DNA of 14,925 bases from Fervidobacterium sp. (lineage in GTDB: Bacteria; Thermotogota; Thermotogae; Thermotogales; Fervidobacteriaceae), in contig JBMFNR010000009.1 in NCBI GenBank assembly GCA_049970055.1, positions 1-14,925 of the forward strand, in the 5' to 3' direction. Shown here piece by piece: positions 7,527-14,925 of the stretch. A program made the position numbers and the translations under genes. The notes under the pieces were generated by a model, which saw only the letters and a program-made list of their open reading frames with translations, was not told where the DNA came from and made no database searches. How positions within the stretch are numbered: position 1 is the stretch's first letter; each line of letters begins with the position of its first letter.

Positions 7527-10010
7527 ATGGATGCTATAAGTGAAAAACAAAACCTGAAGCATATTTTGTATTTAGCATCTCTGTTCCATGATATAGGGAA
7601 ATTTAGGCAACGTGGAAAAATGAGTGACGTGTTGAAAAATGGTATCAAAGATGAGTACAAATTCCAAATTAGTGAGAACAAATCAGGATTGGCTCATCAG
7701 TACGTTGGTGCATATGTTTACTCTAAGTCAAAGCTTCCCTACAGAGACACTGTCTCTGCAATCATTTCAAGACACCACGAACAGTTGTCGAATCTAAACT
7801 CAGAACCAGACGTCCTTGTAAAGATAGTAAGTCTTGCGGATAAACTTTCTGCATCAGAAAGAGAAAACTATACCGCACAACCTAATGATAAAATCAAATT
7901 TATGAGATCCATAATTTCCTCCGTCTCTTTAAATAATGTCGAGAAAGTGAAATTCTACAAAAAAGTATCGAAATTTTCCGAAGCATTAGAACCTGTTGAG
8001 CAAGCCGCAGCAAAGCAAATATCCGTAGAAGATGTGTACGAAAAGCTTTGGAGCGAATTTGAGAAGTTCATATCTGATGGTGAGCTTGAAAGTAGATGGG
8101 GAAAAGAAAATGATCATGATGTACTTGGGAGAATTTATTATTTACTCAAAGAATACACCTCCAACATTCCTTCCGCATTCTACTACAATGAACCAGACAT
8201 ATCTCTTTTCTCTCACTCAACCACAACCGCCGCTATAGCCGTCGCTTTATATAAACAATTTGAAAATGAGCTTTTTGAAAAACAGAACGATAGATTTGTA
8301 AAAGCCGCAGAGATTCTCAATAAAAAAGAATCTTTTTCTCGAAAATACCGAGAGAATAAAACTTCGCAAGCAGACCCGGAGGATGAAGAGATATTCGGTG
8401 TTATCAAAGGTGACATATCGGGAATACAAGATTTCATATACAAAACCTCTTGGCGAAACGGTCTCAAAAAACTTAGAGCCAGATCATTCTTTATCGCCTA
8501 CCTTTCGGAAATCATAGCCAGATACATCATAGACAAAGAAGGGCTATACCAATCAAACATCCTTTACTGCGGTGGTGGGCACTTCTACTTGCTTGTTCCT
8601 GCAAAAACAATTGATAAGTTGGAAGAATACCAAAAAGATATAGAAGAAAAAATGTACAAAGCGTTTGGATTAGACTTGGCTGTTCTGCTTGGTGGAATCA
8701 AGATAAATATTTACGACCTCATAGAATTCAAAGTCCACGACAAACTGGCAAGAATTCTTGAAGAAAAGAAAAACAAAAAATTTGAGAACGTGATAGACCT
8801 TGAAATGTTTATTCCTGAAGACTTCTCTGGTCCGAGATGTCCGTACTGCGGAAGAAAAATGCTGCAAGTTACAAGGAAAGAAGAAGAACAAGAAGAAGCA
8901 TTTGAATGCGTATTTTGTGAATCTTTTGCTGAACTTGGAAGAAAACTTGCAACCTCGGAATATCTCAAAATAGAAAAATGCCCGGAGCTAATTACACCAC
9001 CAGTAAACGTGTACGAAGTTTTCAAGATGTTCGGTTACGAGCTAAAATTCAGCGATAATCCAGACAAATTTGCCTTTGCAATTGACAAAGCGACATACGA
9101 TCAAAACAAGGCAATGTACTTTACTAAGATGGCAAGTTACGTGTACAAAAAGGCAGGTAAGTACTACGAAACTCCAGCCGACCTCGAGACGATAGCACAA
9201 GAAGCTGAGGGACTAAAAAGATGGGGACTGCTCAGGGGAGACGTTGACAATCTTGGAAGAATATTCCAAACACTGCAAGTGTCTGATAAAGAAAAAAGAA
9301 CTCCGATATCGTTTGTTTCCACACTCTCGTCTGAGCTTGAATCATTCTTCAGCATAGTTATAGAAAGAATAGTGGCTGAAAGACACGAAAAATGTAATGT
9401 CATATACTCGGGCGGTGACGACTTCATGATACTCGGTCCATGGAGTGAATTGCCATTACTTGCAAAGGATATAACGAATGAATTTAGAAAATACAGCAAA
9501 AATGATGAGCTATCAATATCCATGGCAATAGCAGTGGCACCTTCAAGAAAATTCCCGGTTTACAAACTTGGAACGCTGGCTGGTGAGTATCTGGACGACA
9601 AAGCGAAATCATATAAACGCACATGCAATAACAAAGAATTAGAAAAATCGGCCATCTACATGTTTGGGGGGTGTGTAGGTTGGGAAGAATTCGATAAAGT
9701 TGAAGCGTTCAAAAACGACCTCGAAAGCCTTATAAACAAAAACGTGACCAAGAACATCTTTTACATACTCACAAGACTTATAGAAAAACAAGAAAGAAAC
9801 GAACCAACAAGAATCTGGAGGCTGTATTACTACATAGCAAGGCTCGAAGAACGCCACAACGCGGAAACGAAAAAGGAAATACACGAACTATTCAACAAAA
9901 TACTTGTAAACAAGAACATGATACATCCAAAGCTAAAGATCTCAATAAAATGGCTCCATGACAAACTGAGAAAAACTGAAGAAAGAAAAATAAAAGAGCC
10001 AACAATATAA
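7527..10010 (+). CDS. cas10: Type III-A CRISPR-associated protein Cas10/Csm1
   Basis: N-terminal HD domain 'LFHDIGKFRQR...H...RHH...ADKLSASER'; 'DISLFSHS'; Palm1 'GDISGIQDFIY...LRARSF...YCGGGHF'; Zn finger 'CPYC...CVFC'; Palm2 'RGDVDNLGRIF...IYSGGDDF'. ATG 7527 follows AGGGGG (7511-7516); the ORF track starts at 7491. Confidence 0.97.
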   Translation: MDAISEKQNLKHILYLASLFHDIGKFRQRGKMSDVLKNGIKDEYKFQISENKSGLAHQYVGAYVYSKSKLPYRDTVSAIISRHHEQLSNLNSEPDVLVKIVSLADKLSASERENYTAQPNDKIKFMRSIISSVSLNNVEKVKFYKKVSKFSEALEPVEQAAAKQISVEDVYEKLWSEFEKFISDGELESRWGKENDHDVLGRIYYLLKEYTSNIPSAFYYNEPDISLFSHSTTTAAIAVALYKQFENELFEKQNDRFVKAAEILNKKESFSRKYRENKTSQADPEDEEIFGVIKGDISGIQDFIYKTSWRNGLKKLRARSFFIAYLSEIIARYIIDKEGLYQSNILYCGGGHFYLLVPAKTIDKLEEYQKDIEEKMYKAFGLDLAVLLGGIKINIYDLIEFKVHDKLARILEEKKNKKFENVIDLEMFIPEDFSGPRCPYCGRKMLQVTRKEEEQEEAFECVFCESFAELGRKLATSEYLKIEKCPELITPPVNVYEVFKMFGYELKFSDNPDKFAFAIDKATYDQNKAMYFTKMASYVYKKAGKYYETPADLETIAQEAEGLKRWGLLRGDVDNLGRIFQTLQVSDKEKRTPISFVSTLSSELESFFSIVIERIVAERHEKCNVIYSGGDDFMILGPWSELPLLAKDITNEFRKYSKNDELSISMAIAVAPSRKFPVYKLGTLAGEYLDDKAKSYKRTCNNKELEKSAIYMFGGCVGWEEFDKVEAFKNDLESLINKNVTKNIFYILTRLIEKQERNEPTRIWRLYYYIARLEERHNAETKKEIHELFNKILVNKNMIHPKLKISIKWLHDKLRKTEERKIKEPTI

Positions 10011-10044
10011 CCCAAATCCTATACACAAATTAGGAGGTGCTAAT

Positions 10045-10497
10045 ATGAACGGCGGGGGAAAACCATTTGGAAACCAGGGGTTCAACCAGCAGCAACAAAA
10101 CCAAAACCAAGTACAGATAAAAAACAAATTTGGTGAGGTCAAGAACTTATTTGTTTCAGGTAACGTTGACTACAACAAACTTTACAGCTTATCAGAGGAA
10201 ATTGCGAAGAACCTTGAAATTAACAGCACCAAAATCAGAAAATTTTACAACCATGTAAAGAAACTTGAACTGGATAAAGATGTGGACATAACACGCGATC
10301 TGAACAAGTTTGTTGCAATGCTCATGTACGATGTTGGAAGAGAAGGAAAACCGTTCTTGAAAGACTTTGCATCGGGTATGAAAGAAGTCGTAGACGTTGT
10401 CAAACAAAAAAAGGGCGATGAACTAATAAAACACTACAAGTATTTCGTTGACTTCTTTGAATCCTTAGTTGCGTACCACAAATTCTACAAAGGATAA
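10045..10497 (+). CDS. csm2: Type III-A small subunit Csm2
   Basis: 150 aa, helical, with 'STKIRKFYN', 'LMYDVGR' and 'FVDFFESLVAYHKFY'. RBS AGGAGGT at 10032-10038. Directly follows cas10. Confidence 0.95.
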   Translation: MNGGGKPFGNQGFNQQQQNQNQVQIKNKFGEVKNLFVSGNVDYNKLYSLSEEIAKNLEINSTKIRKFYNHVKKLELDKDVDITRDLNKFVAMLMYDVGREGKPFLKDFASGMKEVVDVVKQKKGDELIKHYKYFVDFFESLVAYHKFYKG

Positions 10498-10524
10498 ATG
10501 AAAAAATAATAAGGAGGAGTCCAT

Positions 10525-11253
10525 ATGGAAGTTAAAAAATTCAAAGGAAAATACATATTACAGGCTAACATAAGGCTCTTGACGGGATTGCACATAGGCA
10601 CCAGCAAAGATGACCTTGAAATAGGCGGACTTGACAACCCAGTAATAAAAGACGCACAAGGTAGACCGTACATTCCTGGCAGCAGCTTAAAAGGAAAACT
10701 CAGAACATTGTCCGAATTCTTCCATGGAAAAGTATCGAACAACGGAGAACCACATGGTTGTGGGGACGAAAACTGCGAAGTATGTGGCCTATTCGGTGCA
10801 GGCATCAAAGGAAAAGAAGGAAAACCTTTGTATCTTAGAAGACTCATAGTACGCGACGCAATGTTAGACCCAAAATCTGTAGAAGCATTTGAAACATACT
10901 TAGAAACAAAATATACAGAAGTCAAGCACGAAAACTCAATCAACAGATTAACATCCGAAGCAAACCCGAGACAACAAGAACGCGTCCCTGCCGGTGCAGT
11001 CTTCCAATCAGAATTCTCAGTTAACATATTTGAAAACGACGGAACAAAGTTCATTGAAGAACTGCTTAAAATAATGAGACTTCTTGAAGACGACTACATT
11101 GGCGGTAGCGGTTCAAGAGGATATGGAAAAATAAAATTCGAAGACATAGTAATTAAGAAGCGCAGTGTTGATTTCTACAAAGGAACAGAAAATGAGGAGG
11201 TTATCATTTCCGGAGCAAAATCAGTAGACGAAGCACTCAAAGCAATTAAATAA
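10525..11253 (+). CDS. csm3: Type III-A RAMP backbone RNase Csm3 (Cas7 family)
   Basis: 'LTGLHIG...EIGGLDNPVIKD' (catalytic Asp retained), 'PYIPGSSLKGKLR', 'HGC...CEVC' Zn motif, 'EVKHENSINR...ANPRQQERVPAG' and 'DDYIGGSGSRGYGK'. RBS AAGGAGG at 10511-10517. Confidence 0.97.
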   Translation: MEVKKFKGKYILQANIRLLTGLHIGTSKDDLEIGGLDNPVIKDAQGRPYIPGSSLKGKLRTLSEFFHGKVSNNGEPHGCGDENCEVCGLFGAGIKGKEGKPLYLRRLIVRDAMLDPKSVEAFETYLETKYTEVKHENSINRLTSEANPRQQERVPAGAVFQSEFSVNIFENDGTKFIEELLKIMRLLEDDYIGGSGSRGYGKIKFEDIVIKKRSVDFYKGTENEEVIISGAKSVDEALKAIK

Positions 11254-11302
11254 TGCACTACAAAACGTTTGAAATAAAACCCAAACTGAGGAAGTGATGC
11301 AT

Positions 11303-12265
11303 ATGACCTACAAAGTAAAATTGAAACTCAAAGGACCTCTCCACATCGGTTATCTTGACGGGGTCTTTGAGGTGTCTGAAGCAACAATACATGCCGATAC
11401 AATTTTTGGCGGATTAATAAATGGCTACAACTTGCTATTTGGCGAACAAAAAACTAACGATTTAATTGAAAAAATTAAAGAAAGCAATTCAGAGCTTCTA
11501 ATCTCATCTGCATTCTTTTACGTTGGAAACAAATACTTCTTGCCGAGGCCAAAAGGCGAGACATTTGGCTTAGAAGACAAAATACAACAAGTCAAAAAAA
11601 TAAAGAAAATCAAATTCGTTGAAGAAACAATCTTAACTGAGTCAAAAAGCGTTGGAGAAGAAAACCTCTCGCTACCGTTCCTACTTGCAGACAAAGCTCA
11701 AAAAGAATTAGAAGAATTTTACATCATATTAGAACGTCCAAGAGTCATGGTTGCAAGAAACTACGCAGAATCAAACATATTTTACTTCTCAGAAGTTCAC
11801 TTCAAAGAAGATAGTGGACTGTGGTTCTACTTAAAGGTCAGTGATGATATAGAAAAAGAAATATTAGCGGCGTTGAAATTGCTTTCCGATGAAGGGATAG
11901 GCGGAGACCGAACGTATGGCTTTGGACAATTTGACTATGACTTAATCCCAATAAGCCTTCCAGAACAAGGAGAGAACTATTTGCTTCTCTCGCCATATAT
12001 TCCAGATTCAGAAGACTACGAAGAAAACTCGAAAGAAATCACAAAATTTGCAAAGGCGTACGAACTGCGGTATAGAACAGGCTACATCCACAATAGCGAC
12101 AAAAAAGCAAAAAGAGTGACGATGTTCGCAGAAGGAAGCATATTCACAAAACCAGTAAAAGGAAAAATACTTGATGTAACACCTGACAATTTTGAGTATG
12201 ACTACAGAGTTTACAGATACGGGAAAGCATTCCTACTCCCGTTTAAAGGGGGTAACGGAAAATGA
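11303..12265 (+). CDS. csm4: Type III-A RAMP protein Csm4 (Cas5 family)
   Basis: 'GPLHIG...TIHADTIFGGL', 'LISSAFFY...FLPRP', 'LSDEGIGGDRTYGFGQF', 'MFAEGSIF' and 'VYRYGKAF'. The start is uncertain (GTG 11294, ATG 11297 or ATG 11303). Confidence 0.95.
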   Translation: MTYKVKLKLKGPLHIGYLDGVFEVSEATIHADTIFGGLINGYNLLFGEQKTNDLIEKIKESNSELLISSAFFYVGNKYFLPRPKGETFGLEDKIQQVKKIKKIKFVEETILTESKSVGEENLSLPFLLADKAQKELEEFYIILERPRVMVARNYAESNIFYFSEVHFKEDSGLWFYLKVSDDIEKEILAALKLLSDEGIGGDRTYGFGQFDYDLIPISLPEQGENYLLLSPYIPDSEDYEENSKEITKFAKAYELRYRTGYIHNSDKKAKRVTMFAEGSIFTKPVKGKILDVTPDNFEYDYRVYRYGKAFLLPFKGGNGK

Positions 12266-13371
12266 TGAGACTTAAAATCGAACCAATGTCACCTATATTC
12301 ATCGGTTCCGGAGAAAAAGTAACAAAATTCGAAATGCTCATAAGAGGCGACAGGACGTATATATTAGACTTTGACAAACTGATGAACGACGACAAATTCG
12401 TTGAAGAATTCGTCAACAGAGTGGACAGAATACTAAATCCTTCAGAAAAAGACAAAGCGCTTGAAGACATATTTAGAAAGCTAAACATAAACATAGACAC
12501 AGTAAAAAAGCACGACTTTAAAACGATAATTGACAAAAAAACTGGAAAGCCGAGAACATTGCAAATTCACACATTCATCAGCTCGGCAGGAAGAAAATAC
12601 ATTCCAGGCAGCTCGTTAAAAGGAGCAATAAGAACAGCGCTGATAAAACAATATCTCAGCGATGAATTCGCCAAACACCTTGAATCACGATACAGGAACG
12701 TTGAAAATGAAATCTTTGGCGATGCAAAAAAGTCTGTATTCAAATTTCTACAGATCTCAGACAGTACATACATAAACAGCAAATTTATTGCTTTTAAAAT
12801 GTACAGAATTTTAAACATACTAAAACAAAAGGGTAGCATACCTCAATTTCTTGAAATCTGGCTTCCAAAGAAAGTTACAAATATTCCTGAAGAAAACTAT
12901 GTTGAGTGCACTTTAGAATTCAAGACATCATGGTACAGAAAAAACCAATCAGCAGGTACGATACGTGCAGAAGGAAAAATCACTCACATATCCAGCACAC
13001 TTGAAGATAAACAAAAGTTCATTGCGATAATGAAAGAAATTGCCAAAAACTCTATCGAGCGCGAAAAAACAAGAATATCACAAATGATTGACAAAAATGC
13101 TCAACAACAGCTTATGCGATTTTACGACGAACTGAGCAAAGAAAACCAAAAGGACAACGTATTCGTACTAAGAGTAGGTGGACACTCAGGTTTTTACTCC
13201 AAAACAGCTTTCACAAAACCATTAACACAAGCACAAATTGAGACACTGAGAAAAATTAACAGACACTGGAAATTTAACCCAGCAATGTTCCCTGTGACGG
13301 TAAGAGTAGTTGACGTAAACGCAAGCACAATAATGCCACTTGGCTGGTTAAAAGTAACCGTTACGAACTAA
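12262..13371 (+). CDS. csm5: Type III-A RAMP protein Csm5
   Basis: 'MSPIFIGSGE', 'YIPGSSLKGAIRTAL', 'FKFLQISDS', 'LRVGGHSGFYSKT' and C-terminal 'MPLGWLKV'. ATGA overlap with csm4. Confidence 0.95.
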   Translation: MMRLKIEPMSPIFIGSGEKVTKFEMLIRGDRTYILDFDKLMNDDKFVEEFVNRVDRILNPSEKDKALEDIFRKLNINIDTVKKHDFKTIIDKKTGKPRTLQIHTFISSAGRKYIPGSSLKGAIRTALIKQYLSDEFAKHLESRYRNVENEIFGDAKKSVFKFLQISDSTYINSKFIAFKMYRILNILKQKGSIPQFLEIWLPKKVTNIPEENYVECTLEFKTSWYRKNQSAGTIRAEGKITHISSTLEDKQKFIAIMKEIAKNSIEREKTRISQMIDKNAQQQLMRFYDELSKENQKDNVFVLRVGGHSGFYSKTAFTKPLTQAQIETLRKINRHWKFNPAMFPVTVRVVDVNASTIMPLGWLKVTVTN

Positions 13372-13396
13372 ACAACAAAATTGGGGGAAACGCAAA

Positions 13397-14014
13397 TTGC
13401 TCGAAATATATGTTGAATGGGACTTCAAAAAACCGGTACTAATTAATGACGAAGAAATAACAAAAATCAAAGAAAAAATTGGAGAACGCGCCGCATCCGT
13501 TTCGCACATACTATCCAAAAAATACTACTTGCACGAATCCGGATACTATATTCTTGGTAAAAGTTACATGAGAATAAGAATTTTGACAAACCGCGTTGGC
13601 TCCGTCATGAAAAACCTTGTGAATCTAAGGCTCGGCGGAGCCATCCTCTTAAATTTCAGAGCCAAAGAAATACAACCACGAACAGAAGGCTTTATCATCG
13701 CGCCTGAAACATTTGGAGAGCTAAACTATGATACATTCATATCATTTATAGAAGATTACTACTTCAACTTAGCAGACAAAATCTTCAATGAAGAAGAATG
13801 CGAAAAAAAACTAATACCTGTGATAACTCCATACGAAGAAAAAATCTACCGTGTCCAACTATTCGGAGACGAAAAAATGATTGAACTATTCAATATAATC
13901 GGACTCATAGATTCAGAAAACCAAAGATTCCTCTACCACAAAAGAGACCTAAAAGAACTAAGAAAGCTTGCTGGAAAACTATACACTCAAACACAAATCC
14001 AACATACAGAGTAG
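13397..14014 (+). CDS. Hypothetical protein in the csm operon; possible divergent Cas6-like (RAMP-fold) protein lacking the G-rich loop
   Basis: 205-aa ORF with a TTG start after RBS GGGGG (13383-13387), 25 nt downstream of csm5 and with similar A/C-rich codon usage. The segment pattern echoes Cas6 (see findings). The coding call is solid; the product is an inference. Confidence 0.7.
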   Translation: MLEIYVEWDFKKPVLINDEEITKIKEKIGERAASVSHILSKKYYLHESGYYILGKSYMRIRILTNRVGSVMKNLVNLRLGGAILLNFRAKEIQPRTEGFIIAPETFGELNYDTFISFIEDYYFNLADKIFNEEECEKKLIPVITPYEEKIYRVQLFGDEKMIELFNIIGLIDSENQRFLYHKRDLKELRKLAGKLYTQTQIQHTE

Positions 14015-14108
14015 ATAAAAACCAAGGTTGTAAAAAAACACAAGCGAAACAGGGAATATATGATATCGCGCAACTCAGCGCAAATAAAATCTTTTCTTCA
14101 ACTGCCAA

Positions 14109-14584
14109 CGCCCTAAACCGCGGAGACCAAAAGACAAATTTTGCACCACGATACTCACTAATAACCGCATAAATACTATACTTCTGGTCATTAGAAAGTT
14201 GATAATTTTTGCAAGCTACATCGTCGAAAAATCTTGTATTCATGCGCTTCTCCGTTGAATTTTAGGTATTTCATTTCACAAAGTGATTTTATTTTCTTCT
14301 TTCTCATACGTATTCTTCTTGCTTCTCCGCTTGTGATTAGACATAATATAAAAAATTCTCTACCTATTGTTACGAACATATTTCAAAGTGAAAAGCTAAC
14401 TCAAATCATTTATTCATCAGCACGTATTAAGGAACAAGTGCAAAAACAGGTAGGGAATCGGCATGGATTCAAGAAAATTTGCAACTGTTAGCTAACTTAA
14501 AACAAAATTCAGACAGCCTAACTTTGGAGGTAGAGAAAATCGCATTCCAAACTGCATCTATTTATGCCTATTCTGGAAGGTAAG
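14109..14584 (+). promoter_or_regulatory. CRISPR leader, copy 2, containing putative promoter TTGCTT-17-CATAAT (14319-14347)
   Basis: Collinear paralogue of 5871-6346 that abuts the repeat at 14585. The last ~65 nt before the repeat are almost identical between copies. Confidence 0.85.
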
Positions 14585-14759
14585 GTCAGGAAGGAACCTC
14601 TCTCTGAAAGAGATGGAAACAAAACTGGTTCTATAGTTCTTCCTTCTTATCCTTAGATTAGAAGAGACCTCACCGAAAAAGTTAAAAACAACTGTTAAAA
14701 TATCTCTAATCTTTCTAACCTCATGTTGGGAAGGTTATTCTTCTGAAAGAGATGTTAAG
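14585..14759 (+). CRISPR. CRISPR mini-array 2: 1 intact and 2 degenerate repeats, 2 spacers
   Basis: Repeat 14585-14620 GTCAGGAAGGAACCTCTCTCTGAAAGAGATGGAAAC; spacer 14621-14655 (35 nt); degenerate repeat 14656-14689 GATTAGAAGAGACCTCACCGAAAAAGTTAAAAAC; spacer 14690-14724 (35 nt); degenerate repeat 14725-14759 GTTGGGAAGGTTATTCTTCTGAAAGAGATGTTAAG. The ~70-nt periodicity supports the degenerate calls. Confidence 0.75.
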
Positions 14760-14805
14760 AATGTGCATTGAAAGTATTATTTAACATCTCAGTGTTAAAA
14801 CGAGC

Positions 14806-14840
14806 AAAGGCTCCGCAACGTACGGAGCCTTTATTTTTTT
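14806..14840 (+). terminator. Intrinsic terminator after mini-array 2
   Basis: 10-bp stem AAAGGCTCCG-CAACGTA-CGGAGCCTTT followed by ATTTTTTT. Confidence 0.85.
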
Positions 14841-14925
14841 ATTCCATCAAAGCATTCCTTCAGCGTTTCCCTCCTTCATTTTTTCCGATTTTGTTAACCA
14901 AAGGTATTGATAAATTTCAAAAACC

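Noticed and set aside
144..12839. Numerous short reverse-strand ORFs and the alternative-frame ORF 8032-8238
   Set aside because: All overlap well-supported + strand genes (or the non-coding spacer), with no recognisable motifs; shadow ORFs.
14847..14924. Open minus-strand frame at the window edge (VFEIYQYLWLTKSEKMKEGNAEGML*), possible 3' end of a convergent gene
   Set aside because: Only 25 codons are visible, so it cannot be supported without downstream sequence.

Overview
Defence-island window, with all confident genes on the + strand. Left part (1-5372): the 3' portion of a BREX type 4-like (brxP-brxC-[pglZ]-brxL) locus. It has the C-terminus of a DUF4007-type protein, a 1153-aa BrxC-like P-loop ATPase and a short, Lon-domain-less BrxL AAA+ protein. 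No stand-alone pglZ is present; the last ~100 aa of the BrxC ORF look like the beta-rich tail of a BREX-4 PglZ, suggesting an in-frame deletion/fusion. Right part (5871-14840): a type III-A (Csm) CRISPR-Cas interference module (cas6-cas10-csm2-csm3-csm4-csm5) plus an extra 205-aa gene that looks like a divergent Cas6-fold protein lacking the G-rich loop. The operon is bracketed by two paralogous units, each with a ~480-bp leader carrying a sigma70-like promoter, a mini CRISPR array (36-bp repeat GTCAGGAAGGAACCTCTCTCTGAAAGAGATGGAAAC, 3 repeats of which the distal ones are degenerate, 2 spacers) and an intrinsic terminator. No cas1/cas2 and no recognisable cOA effector (Csm6/Csx1) lie between the two units. 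Family assignments come from motif reading and gene order, not from database searches.
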